This document shows, piece by piece, positions 37,101 through 44,333 of a stretch of 45,280 nucleotides of DNA. The notes below the pieces were generated by a model, which saw nothing but the letters and a program-made list of their open reading frames with translations, was not told where the DNA came from and ran no database searches. How positions within the stretch are numbered: position 1 is the stretch's first letter; each line of letters begins with the position of its first letter. The position numbers were made by a program, and so were the translations under genes. Location: NCBI GenBank assembly GCA_040757455.1, contig JBFLXE010000002.1, positions 1 to 45,280 of the forward strand, written 5' to 3'. Origin of the DNA: Nitrospirota bacterium (lineage in GTDB: Bacteria > Nitrospirota > Thermodesulfovibrionia > Thermodesulfovibrionales > SM23-35).

Positions 37101-37393
37101 TCGAAAAAATGCGGGTTTAAATTAATTTTTTTCAGACGCACTAAATTGCCTGAATCGAAATCCTCAGGATTCCTGATCAGGATATCGTAGAAGCTTATTC
37201 CTTCTGTGAGGCCAAAGGAGAGATCTCTAATCTCAACCGGCTGTCCTATTAGAGCAGTCGATTTTTCGGATAGCTTTGAAATCAATATATCTTTCAGATT
37301 GCGATAGTGGAAGTATGCAAAAAATAATAGAAAGAGAAGGGCTATTAAGAATGCGGCAAAAAGTACTTTGGCTGACTTTTTGACTCCCTGCAT
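34184..37393 (-). CDS. AsmA-like / YdbH-like giant envelope protein (putative intermembrane lipid transport)
   Basis: 1069 aa with a single N-terminal TM helix and a long repetitive beta-rich body. The C-terminal region GKISGSGFVDF...GYISGKVNG resembles YdbH. Lies 10 nt upstream of the ydbL-like gene, as in the E. coli ydbH-ynbE-ydbL locus. No ynbE-like ORF is seen. Confidence 0.6.
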   Translation of the reverse strand: MQGVKKSAKVLFAAFLIALLFLLFFAYFHYRNLKDILISKLSEKSTALIGQPVEIRDLSFGLTEGISFYDILIRNPEDFDSGNLVRLKKINLNPHFFELLKGRLVFKKIALYSPELSLMTNREGRWNISEKLLQFLTRPRPPEFEYKIREISIASGAVIYGQKQLYSSSDINVKLKNLSSDPDMKTLIQGSFAYGENKIRINGWTYLGRRPKEISLSLSSKGFTLSHFAQFLPDNRHLKDAKIDISVHVNGDTERGFEIKSDAKARNTRLFSDVRKELHMTVQAFLDIYLNSIPIENITLYAEENALIRGSAIISDLRKRPAYRGEFRIDRLDLSGMRYTKNKGVKGVVTSDNLRAWGYFEKAVPDVSGRLKIRRGMLNSDRIVLADINGDVELNGKREPVKARADAKIIKAGEYSLSEPANAKVLLIAHARPERISIRSSVNVSPIIVRIKNRGGVALNSLLLTSEGSLKGEAFSGKNSLKIRGIRYGSYEIREVNSAFDLDYRPGFVVIKNQKADIDGMHISSTAIEVDLSPRKAKISEIAVTNLEGYFQRKIALRNFDLRFYLEKKERLSGKFVFSGEEATAFDVVMSRISGDGNVDERGFSIDVAESRFAGGTMRAKLRGTSGKIFPAKVHLIAENLDIGSLSKAVSSRYRIPYSFSGILETAKFEGRIISSDSFDGNASLQAGLLSVLITAKKRHLLKKAGLGGVITFEGDDIFFKAEVTSGNVFAEVSGEIERFIHKDRIFKADIKLPDVGLISLRESLWDVFPDSLLYAGLEGSLSSSVSIEYNEKGLKKAIGYIKLKEITVEGENGEYFLGPISGNVPIEFDRSTKRMDISIASFEKSQFKDLSRYYSDTVPRQDFSRITMGSFGYGFRLLKDIKIFVKQNGRLLNIDYFNANIFAGKISGSGFVDFSKGLNYKAGFILEGMSLKKLCEEIEPIKGYISGKVNGIGLVRGSGTGISELTGRADFWTYSINDEETEIGKKFLQKVGGPSLKAYLRDRPYDRGVLGVYLSEGYLIFKELEISNRNIFGIRDLSITVAPVSNRIAIADLMWTITEAAYRAAKEE

Positions 37394-37430
37394 CGTCTTG
37401 TTTTATGTCACGGTCAAGGGGCAGGGTTTC

Positions 37431-38282
37431 CTAATAAAATTCTCTCAGGGCGGTCTCTGTCTTTGACGCGTCAAGAGGTTGTCTGAGGAGCGGACTGTCT
37501 TTAATTATGGGTATTCTCTCCTCCATAATCGGACGGTTATTCCTGTAAATGACCCCTATTGGAATACGGTCTCCCCATTCGAGGGCTCTCTTAAATGCCT
37601 CGATTCTATCTTCAGGATTGTATTCGGGCTCGATATGATAAACTCTCTGCTTATACCATTCGTGGGTGTTCACCTTATTGAACACCACACATGGCTGGAA
37701 AATATCCAGGAGAGCAAAACCCTTATGTTTTATTGCCTGCTTCATCATTTCTTTCAGATGCTCTCCGTCACCGGAAAAACTCCTTGCAACGAAACTGCAG
37801 TCGAGTGCCACACCGAGAGCAACCGGGTTCAACTGCTCCGACAACACCCCGAAAGGCTGGTTTTTTGTCACCATGCCTTCCATGCTCGTTGGCGAGGCCT
37901 GCCCTTTTGTCAGACCGTAAATCTGATTGTCATGTACAAAGAGCTTTACGTTGATATTCCTTCGCATGGCATGAAGGAGGTGATTTCCACCCTCTCCGTA
38001 ACAGTCTCCGTCTCCGGCAACAGCGATTACAAGCATCTCATGATTTGTCAGTCTTATTCCTGTAGCCACGGGCAATGTCCTTCCATGCAGGCCGTTAAAG
38101 GTATTGCACTTCAAGTAGTGAGGAAGCTTGCCTGCCTGCCCTATTCCAGATACAATGATAATTTGATACGGTTCGATCTCGAGTTCCACCAGAGCTTCCT
38201 TAAAGGTCTTGAGTATCCCAAAGTTGCCACATCCGGGGCACCAGGCTGGAATCTGTCCCCTATAGTCTTCCAACTTTGGCAT
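37431..38282 (-). CDS. korB: 2-oxoacid:ferredoxin oxidoreductase, beta (TPP-binding) subunit
   Basis: WCPGCGNFGIL, GIGQAG, and the TPP motif GDGDCYGEGGNHL. Confidence 0.9.
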   Translation of the reverse strand: MPKLEDYRGQIPAWCPGCGNFGILKTFKEALVELEIEPYQIIIVSGIGQAGKLPHYLKCNTFNGLHGRTLPVATGIRLTNHEMLVIAVAGDGDCYGEGGNHLLHAMRRNINVKLFVHDNQIYGLTKGQASPTSMEGMVTKNQPFGVLSEQLNPVALGVALDCSFVARSFSGDGEHLKEMMKQAIKHKGFALLDIFQPCVVFNKVNTHEWYKQRVYHIEPEYNPEDRIEAFKRALEWGDRIPIGVIYRNNRPIMEERIPIIKDSPLLRQPLDASKTETALREFY

Positions 38283-39984
38283 CGAGTTCTCCTATCAATT
38301 CTTCGAGTAGAAAAGGTCTTCCGTCGTTTTTGCGAATGTGCTCATCAAAAAGATGTCCTGTCTCGCTCCTCACCATGCGCGCAAATTGACCTGTTGCATT
38401 ATTCTCAACACATATTGTAATTTTTGCACCTTTGAGAATCTTGATGTAATCAAATTTTTCCGTAAGAGGAAAAGGGGATATCTCGGTAAAATGAAGAAAA
38501 GCGATCTCTCTTTTCCCTGATAAATGATCCACCGCTTCCTTCAAGACACCGAAAGTTGAGCCGAAGCCCGTGATGACGATCTCCGGATCACTATTTCCAT
38601 AAAGAAAAGGCGGCTCAATTTCCTCCCGTATAAGAGGCAATTTTTTCAAGAGCCTCTTTTCGACCATTCTCACCCTCGTTTCAGCATCTTCCACTATATG
38701 CCCCTCTTCATCATGCTCATCGCTGTCAGTCACCACCAAATGTTTCGCATCTCCCGGCACTCCCAGAGGAGAGATGCCGTTTTCTGTGAAGGCATGTCTT
38801 TTATATTCCTGGAGACTCCGAAATGCCTCGCCACGTAACCGGTAATCTTGATACCTGATTTTCTCCAGATTGAATTCTTCAAATGTCCATTCAGAGTCCG
38901 CAAGATACTGATCGAAGAGAATGAAGGCAGGAACCTGATATTTCTCGGCCAGATCAAAAGCCTTATTCGTAAGAAAGAAAGCCTGCTCAGGCGTGCCGGG
39001 TGTAAAAACAATCCTTGGAAATTCGCCATGGGCAGCATGCAATGCAAAAAGGAGTTCACCCTGTTCCGTCCTTGTCGGAAAGCCGGTTGCAGGACCGGGA
39101 CGCTGACCTAATGCAATTACAATAGGCGTCTCGGTCATTGCGGCAAGTGATAAACCTTCCACCATTAAAGCAAAGCCGCCCCCGGAGGTTCCCGTCATCG
39201 CCCTGACTCCGGCAAAAGAAGCGCCGAGAGCCATATTTATGGCTGCAATCTCGTCTTCCGCCTGTTCCACCAGGACACCAAATTCTCTTATTTTGCTATT
39301 CAAATAGATCATTATTCCCGTTGAGGGCGTCATGGGATAAGCTGAATAAAATTTACAGCCGGCGCTGTAGGCTCCTACTGCAATAGCCTCGACGCCGCTT
39401 ATAAGCATTCTGGGAGGGCCCTTGGGAGCCACAGAAAAAGAGCATTTGAGGCACTGTTTTATTGCGTAGTCATGTCCGGCCTGAGCTGCATTCTCATTTG
39501 CCCTGATAACTTCCTCACCCTTCTTTTTAAAGGTGTCTTTCAGGATATTAGAAAGAATCTCAAGATTCATCCCGAGCATCCCGAGCACCGACCCCACAGC
39601 AACTGTATTTGCCATTATCTTGCTTCCACCGCTTTCCTTGGCCAGGTCCATAAATGGAACATCAAGAAACTCCGATCTTTCGTATTTTTGCCGCAGTGTG
39701 GTCGAATCATAAACGATCTGACCGCCATCTGTGATCTCTCTTTCATGGAGGTGAATGCTTGCCTTGTCCAGGGCAACGAGAATATCGATCTTTTCTCTCG
39801 AAGAAGATACGGGTTTATCGGAAAATCTTATCTGGTAAAAATTATGACCTCCCCTGATGCGTGATTCATAGTCCTGGTGCGTAAAAACGTGATAACCCGC
39901 TCTCGAAAAGACTTTCGAAAGGGTATCCCCGATAGTCTGAATTCCCTGGCCTGCTTCGCCTCCTATCTTTATCGAATAATCCAT
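38260..39984 (-). CDS. korA: 2-oxoacid:ferredoxin oxidoreductase, alpha subunit with a fused N-terminal gamma domain
   Basis: The N-terminus IKIGGEAGQGIQTIGDTL is gamma-like. It is followed by the pyrimidine-binding alpha domain (AYPMTPST...GTSGGGFALM). Confidence 0.88.
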   Translation of the reverse strand: MDYSIKIGGEAGQGIQTIGDTLSKVFSRAGYHVFTHQDYESRIRGGHNFYQIRFSDKPVSSSREKIDILVALDKASIHLHEREITDGGQIVYDSTTLRQKYERSEFLDVPFMDLAKESGGSKIMANTVAVGSVLGMLGMNLEILSNILKDTFKKKGEEVIRANENAAQAGHDYAIKQCLKCSFSVAPKGPPRMLISGVEAIAVGAYSAGCKFYSAYPMTPSTGIMIYLNSKIREFGVLVEQAEDEIAAINMALGASFAGVRAMTGTSGGGFALMVEGLSLAAMTETPIVIALGQRPGPATGFPTRTEQGELLFALHAAHGEFPRIVFTPGTPEQAFFLTNKAFDLAEKYQVPAFILFDQYLADSEWTFEEFNLEKIRYQDYRLRGEAFRSLQEYKRHAFTENGISPLGVPGDAKHLVVTDSDEHDEEGHIVEDAETRVRMVEKRLLKKLPLIREEIEPPFLYGNSDPEIVITGFGSTFGVLKEAVDHLSGKREIAFLHFTEISPFPLTEKFDYIKILKGAKITICVENNATGQFARMVRSETGHLFDEHIRKNDGRPFLLEELIGELDAKVGRL

Positions 39985-40035
39985 TGACTCTCCTTGATCG
40001 GCAGCCGTATCGGGAGGAAATACGATTTAAAGACA

Positions 40036-40063
40036 ATTATATCTTCAATCACGGGTTTGTCAA
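40036..40063 (-). promoter_or_regulatory. Sigma70 promoter for korAB (TTGACA, 16-nt spacer, TATAAT)
   Basis: The minus strand reads TTGACAaacccgtgattgaagaTATAAT. SD aaggagag precedes ATG 39984. Confidence 0.5.
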
Positions 40064-40087
40064 ATTTTCTAATATCAGGACGGGTGT

Positions 40088-40552
40088 TTAGACAAACAAT
40101 TTTTTTAGATTACTCAACCACACGATGTGGCTTTTCTCTTCGCGGATAATCTCGTCGACAATATCTTTTTCCATGACCATCTCGCGCAAAGTGTAATAGT
40201 AAAGCAGGGTTTCCCTTTCAAAACAAAGAGCGAAATGTATGGCCTCCGATGGGGTTTTGACATGCGCGAGAGAAGGCAGGCATTTGTCTTTACCGAGAAA
40301 AAATTCGGACTCGACAATCGCTCTCAGATAAAGAGTGGCTTCCTCCCAGCCCTCGGTTTCTTCTGTTATACTATTTTCCAGGTCAGAAAAACGCTTGCCG
40401 TGCTTCAGTTCGTGAGCGGCAAGCAACTCAAAGAGTTGTTTCAGTTCATGATTCACATGGAATCTTTTTGCCATCTCGCTGTAAAATTCATATCCGAGTT
40501 TTTCTGTCTGTACAGCCTGCTCAACAACTTCTTTTACCGAAAATTTTATCAT
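40088..40552 (-). CDS. Ferritin-like diiron protein (rubrerythrin-family four-helix bundle, no rubredoxin domain)
   Basis: Two E..H-type metal-ligand helices: QTEKLGYEFYSEMA...LAAHELKH and FERETLLYYYTL...IREEKSH. Confidence 0.75.
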   Translation of the reverse strand: MIKFSVKEVVEQAVQTEKLGYEFYSEMAKRFHVNHELKQLFELLAAHELKHGKRFSDLENSITEETEGWEEATLYLRAIVESEFFLGKDKCLPSLAHVKTPSEAIHFALCFERETLLYYYTLREMVMEKDIVDEIIREEKSHIVWLSNLKKLFV

Positions 40553-40636
40553 TCTCCAGCCTCTTGATTCTTAAGGATAATAAGAAATTATCCAGTGCTT
40601 ATCGGATATTTCCGCTTTCTAATTCAGAGAGAAAGT

Positions 40637-40834
40637 TTATATGATATCCTTTATATTGTCAACGGTGACGTATCCTTTTTCGAGCAGGAGAGACAGGGCA
40701 ATGAATCCTCCACAAGGCAGCGACTTTTCTTTTCTCTCCATAAAATCACAATCTTTTTCGTGAAAAGGACATGCGAGGCAAACAATCGAAACAATTTCAT
40801 CCTTTATATCAATACTTATCCCACCCATATGCAC
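40637..40834 (-). CDS. Small Cys-rich protein; the frame stays open 50 further codons upstream without a canonical start
   Basis: The track ORF starts at GTG 40834 (ATG at 40828). In-frame upstream sequence back to 40984 reads ..LCSRFCPYFKPDKDEGLACKG... The body contains CLACPFHEKDC..CGG. Confidence 0.45.
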   Translation of the reverse strand: MHMGGISIDIKDEIVSIVCLACPFHEKDCDFMERKEKSLPCGGFIALSLLLEKGYVTVDNIKDII

Positions 40835-41014
40835 GGGTGGAACGGATACGCCTCCTTTTAGAAGATTTAACAGAACTGTAATTCCCTTGCACGCAAGTCC
40901 CTCGTCTTTGTCCGGTTTAAAATACGGGCAAAATCTGGAACAAAGCTCTTTCTTTAAGTCAGTCTCTTTGATGACTTGTAAACCCTATTTGGACCAGATC
41001 AACGCGCCTAAAAC

Positions 41015-42181
41015 GTGGGAACAGGCATCTTCAATATCGTACAATATATTATGAGATATTTTCTAAATGAAAAAGCGGTGCTTAAGTGGCTGGAGAAACC
41101 TTCCCTTTATCACATTGCAAAAGATGATCTTTATGAACTTGATGATGACTCCTTCGATTTTATGAAAAATTGCTGTTCCACAAAAGGATGTCCAGGGGAA
41201 GACAGTGAATTCATCAATTATTGTTTCAGGGAAGGCATTCTCACCAGAAATGAAATCCTTTTAAAGCGCCCGCCCATTATCAAATCTCCTTTTCCTTCAC
41301 TTCGTTATCTTGAATTGCAGATAACAAACCTCTGCAATCTGAAATGCAGGCACTGTTATGTTGAAGACGATAAGATTTCCGAACTGTCTGTCAGCCAGAT
41401 AAGAATGATCCTCAAGGAATTTGAAGAGCTGCAGGGACTGAGAGTCCTGATAACAGGAGGCGAGCCACTCATGCATCACGAATTCAGGGAATTGAACAAA
41501 ATATTTCCTGAGTTCTTCGTAAGGAAAGTTCTGTTCACAAACGGGATCTTACTTAATAAAAAACTGCTCAGAGGGCTTAATGTCAATGAGATTCAGGTGA
41601 GCGTGGATGGCCTCGAGGCTGCACACGACTCACTCCGAGGAAAAGGTACATTCAAAAAGGCCATAGAGGCCGTAGTAAATTCTATCGACGCGGGTTTTGA
41701 TGTGGCTGTCTCGACAATGGTTCATACAGGAAATCTTGGGGACTTTAAGGAGATGGAAGAATTCTTCAAAAATATTGGTGTAAAATGCTGGGTTGTCGAT
41801 GTCCCCTGCGTGACCGGAAGGTTAAAGAAAAATGCCTCATTTCACCTGTCTCCGGAAATAGCCGGAGAATATTTTAAATATGGCTATGGCGGGGGGTTTC
41901 ATTCAGGTACAACAGGCTATGCCTGCGGAATACACCTCATGGGCATCATGTCCAGCGGTATGGTATCAAAATGTACCTTTTATGCCGATCACCCTATCGG
42001 GAAGATTGAAGAAGGTCTGCGGGAATGCTGGCAGAGGATAAGACCCGTGAAACTTGCAGATCTTAAATGCGATTGCGATGTCAGCGAGGAATGCCGGGGA
42101 GGTTGCAGATATCGGGCGCTACTCCTCGGTGATTCGGAGGGGAAAGACCTGTACAAGTGTTATTATTATGGTAAAATATAA
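41015..42181 (+). CDS. Radical SAM enzyme with a C-terminal SPASM/twitch-like Cys cluster and an N-terminal extension of about 90 aa
   Basis: LQITNLCNLKCRHCY (CxxxCxxC), GGEPL, and C-terminal CDCDVSEECRGGCRYR. Alternative start ATG 41051. Confidence 0.85.
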   Translation: MGTGIFNIVQYIMRYFLNEKAVLKWLEKPSLYHIAKDDLYELDDDSFDFMKNCCSTKGCPGEDSEFINYCFREGILTRNEILLKRPPIIKSPFPSLRYLELQITNLCNLKCRHCYVEDDKISELSVSQIRMILKEFEELQGLRVLITGGEPLMHHEFRELNKIFPEFFVRKVLFTNGILLNKKLLRGLNVNEIQVSVDGLEAAHDSLRGKGTFKKAIEAVVNSIDAGFDVAVSTMVHTGNLGDFKEMEEFFKNIGVKCWVVDVPCVTGRLKKNASFHLSPEIAGEYFKYGYGGGFHSGTTGYACGIHLMGIMSSGMVSKCTFYADHPIGKIEEGLRECWQRIRPVKLADLKCDCDVSEECRGGCRYRALLLGDSEGKDLYKCYYYGKI

Positions 42182-42231
42182 AAAAATTGGACACGAAGTC
42201 CGGATTCCTCTGGAAAGGGGGTGCACTGAGA

Positions 42232-42294
42232 ATGACAATCAGAAAAGTTTCAAGAAAGGTATCAACAACCTGTAAATGCAAAAGCTCCTGTTGA
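42232..42294 (+). CDS. Unannotated 20-codon Cys-rich ORF (MTIRKVSRKVSTTCKCKSSC); candidate radical-SAM substrate peptide
   Basis: Below the 60-aa cutoff of the track. ATG 42232 is preceded by ggaaagggggtg about 10 nt upstream. It lies 50 nt after the radical SAM stop and 42 nt before a strong terminator. Confidence 0.35.
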   Translation: MTIRKVSRKVSTTCKCKSSC

Positions 42295-42336
42295 ACTCAC
42301 AAAACACATATCTGCTCATTCATTGAATAAACGAAA

Positions 42337-42367
42337 AGAGAGGTTGGACGTCCCAACCTCTCTTTTA
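42337..42367. terminator. Bidirectional rho-independent terminator
   Basis: agagaggttgg (42337-42347), loop acgtc, ccaacctctct (42353-42363). T-runs lie on both strands (tttt on plus, ttttcgttt on minus). It sits between the converging rSAM/peptide unit and the ferredoxin gene. Confidence 0.8.
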
Positions 42368-42386
42368 GTTCAAAGCCCAAAAAATA

Positions 42387-42572
42387 CTATTCCAAGCTTA
42401 TTGCCTGAACCGGGCAAGTATCAGCGGCCTCCTGGCAGTCGCAGGTGTCACATTTATCAGGCCCTATGACATGGGCTTTCCCGTCATCACCTACTTTAAA
42501 TACCTGGGGGCAAAGCTCCTCACATGTTGCGCATCCCTCACAGAGATCTTCATTAACTACGGGTTTTGGCAT
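42387..42572 (-). CDS. Small ferredoxin (4Fe-4S type)
   Basis: 61 aa with CEGCATCEELCP and CDTCDCQEAADTCP. Perfect SD aaggagg. Confidence 0.88.
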   Translation of the reverse strand: MPKPVVNEDLCEGCATCEELCPQVFKVGDDGKAHVIGPDKCDTCDCQEAADTCPVQAISLE

Positions 42573-42658
42573 AAGTCTACCTCCTTAAGGTGTTTTTTAA
42601 AATCATTCCTTCATTCAAGCCCTGCGAGAGGGAGAATTACGGAAAGGTATTGGTTATT

Positions 42659-42686
42659 CTAATACATTGCAATGACAAATTGTCAA
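42659..42686 (-). promoter_or_regulatory. Candidate promoter (TTGACA, 16-nt spacer, TATTAG) overlapped by the 13-bp palindrome TGACAAATTGTCA
   Basis: The minus strand reads TTGACAatttgtcattgcaatgTATTAG. The perfect 6-1-6 palindrome is at 42673-42685. Confidence 0.35.
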
Positions 42687-42737
42687 AAAAATATCGTAAT
42701 AGCTTGCGAGGATCGGCATATCATCTTTGATGGCCTT

Positions 42738-42992
42738 TTACTTTCTCATTTCGAAATTCTTGATGAATTGACCGATCTGAACGCCGAGATAGACGCATTT
42801 GATATTGTTCATGCAGTCATCAGCGTCTTTTTTCTCAAGATGCGTTGTGAGTTCCTGGCCGTCTTTCTTGAATTTCACTATATAGGCATTCTTTGATTCG
42901 TCAAAATCCAGGCTAACCGAGATACCGTGCTTCTGGATTTCAGGATACATCTCGAGTATCTTGTCTTCCAGCGCAACTTTCGTATACGCCAT
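42738..42992 (-). CDS. Conserved-looking 84-aa protein of unknown function
   Basis: Start moved to ATG 42992 (SD ggggggag): MAYTKVALEDKILEMYPEIQKHGISVSLDFDESKNAYIVKFKK... Lies 39 nt after the ferritin-like gene stop, on the same strand. Confidence 0.65.
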   Translation of the reverse strand: MAYTKVALEDKILEMYPEIQKHGISVSLDFDESKNAYIVKFKKDGQELTTHLEKKDADDCMNNIKCVYLGVQIGQFIKNFEMRK

Positions 42993-43031
42993 AATTCTCC
43001 CCCCTTCTGCCACACAATCTTTTTATCTCGC

Positions 43032-43532
43032 TCACGCCCATGGAGTGCCGCCGTCGACAATGCTGCGCTCCTCCCACATGAACCAGCTTCCAGTATCCGA
43101 AAGAAAGAAGTATGTATTCGCGAAGATATCATAATGTTGTTGCTCTTCCCTTATAAGTCGTTCAAATAGTTTTCTCTCTTTATCTGTATTAGCCTGTGCC
43201 TCGGCATTCTTGTAAAATTCTATTCCTTCTTTCTCCATCTGCATCGCGATCTTGAATGCCTCGAGTTCATCCGTGGTTGCCTCCACCCTCTTCATCATCG
43301 AATCTTTCAACAACTGAAATATTGTCCGGACATTTTTCATGGGGCTCACCTCTTCAACTCCTATGTCGATTTCCTTGAATATCTGAGAAAGTACCTGAAG
43401 GTGTCTTTTTTCATCCTCCGTAATGCTCAGGAACATCTTTTTCCCCACTGGATGCTTGGTCTTCTCGGCCGCCTCGGTATAAAATTTTATTGCATCAGTC
43501 TCCATCTTGATGGCTATCTCAATTGCGTTCAT
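43032..43532 (-). CDS. Rubrerythrin-like ferritin-fold diiron protein (no rubredoxin domain)
   Basis: Internal duplication with ligand motifs AIKMETDAIKFY...ITEDEKRH and AMQMEKEGIEFY...LIREEQQH. Confidence 0.8.
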   Translation of the reverse strand: MNAIEIAIKMETDAIKFYTEAAEKTKHPVGKKMFLSITEDEKRHLQVLSQIFKEIDIGVEEVSPMKNVRTIFQLLKDSMMKRVEATTDELEAFKIAMQMEKEGIEFYKNAEAQANTDKERKLFERLIREEQQHYDIFANTYFFLSDTGSWFMWEERSIVDGGTPWA

Positions 43533-43633
43533 TCATCCTCCTGACAAACCTCTTAATCGACTGGCAAAATGGCTTTCACCACAAGTTTAAGCCTTTTTCA
43601 AGATGATAATCAAGTATTTTTCTGTCGATCGGT

Positions 43634-44257
43634 TTACTCAAATATCACAAACTCCTCGAGGGGCCTCCTGAACGCTCGCGGACGAAGTGCTATGCCTTTC
43701 TTCAAATGTCCGACAGCAATCAGCATCGGTATGATCATGTCGTCCGGGATTTTGAATTCTTTCTTGATGCAATTTTCATCGAAGCCATCCATGGGATGGG
43801 TGTCGAGACCAAGGCCTTTGGCGGCAATCATAAGATTCATGGCAAAAAGGGCAGTATTCTTTACCGCAAAAATCTTCCTCTGAAGGCTCTCCGGTGTTCC
43901 GTATAGAGTCTTTGTCATATTCATATAAGTCTCCCTCATGTCCTGTCTGATATATCCCAGGTTCTGCCAGCTATCGAGAACCCTCTCCAGATTGTCTTCT
44001 ACCCCGGCCGGATCTGCAATCATAATCAGCACCGCCGGCGCCTCTTCCACCTTCGGCTGATCGAAAGCGCATCGTCTCAAAACCTTTTTCCTCTCGGGAT
44101 CTTTCACCATTATCACTCTCCATGGCTGCAGGTTAAAAGAGGATGGAGAAAGATTCGCAATATTAATCAATTCTTTCAAGAGGTTATCCGATAATGTTTC
44201 GCCCGCCTCGAAAAAATTTATTGAGCGCCTCTCTGCAAGTGCTTCAAGGACATCCAT
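43634..44257 (-). CDS. Nitroreductase-family flavoprotein
   Basis: ERRSINFF...LIN.ANLSPSSFNLQPWRVIMV is typical of the FMN nitroreductase fold. Confidence 0.85.
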   Translation of the reverse strand: MDVLEALAERRSINFFEAGETLSDNLLKELINIANLSPSSFNLQPWRVIMVKDPERKKVLRRCAFDQPKVEEAPAVLIMIADPAGVEDNLERVLDSWQNLGYIRQDMRETYMNMTKTLYGTPESLQRKIFAVKNTALFAMNLMIAAKGLGLDTHPMDGFDENCIKKEFKIPDDMIIPMLIAVGHLKKGIALRPRAFRRPLEEFVIFE

Positions 44258-44291
44258 AATTGTTCACCACCAGCTTAAAATTTTTATTAAA

Positions 44292-44319
44292 ATACTATCA
44301 CGTTCAGAGACAATGTCAA
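44292..44319 (-). promoter_or_regulatory. Candidate sigma70 promoter for the nitroreductase operon (TTGACA, 16-nt spacer, TAGTAT)
   Basis: The minus strand reads TTGACAttgtctctgaacgtgaTAGTAT. SD ggtggtga precedes ATG 44257. Confidence 0.4.
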
Positions 44320-44333
44320 TCTGAATAGCAACA

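Noticed and set aside
37479-38420. 313-aa plus-strand ORF antisense to korB/korA. Other long antisense ORFs occur at 7671..8333, 17597..18124, 29610..30107 and 40127..40567.
   Set aside because: Each lies wholly inside a confidently identified gene on the other strand and has no motifs. These are typical shadow ORFs.
43032-43532. Encapsulin cargo hypothesis for the ferritin-like proteins
   Set aside because: No encapsulin shell gene is in the window. The C-termini (..DGGTPWA and ..NLKKLFV) do not resemble known cargo-loading peptides.
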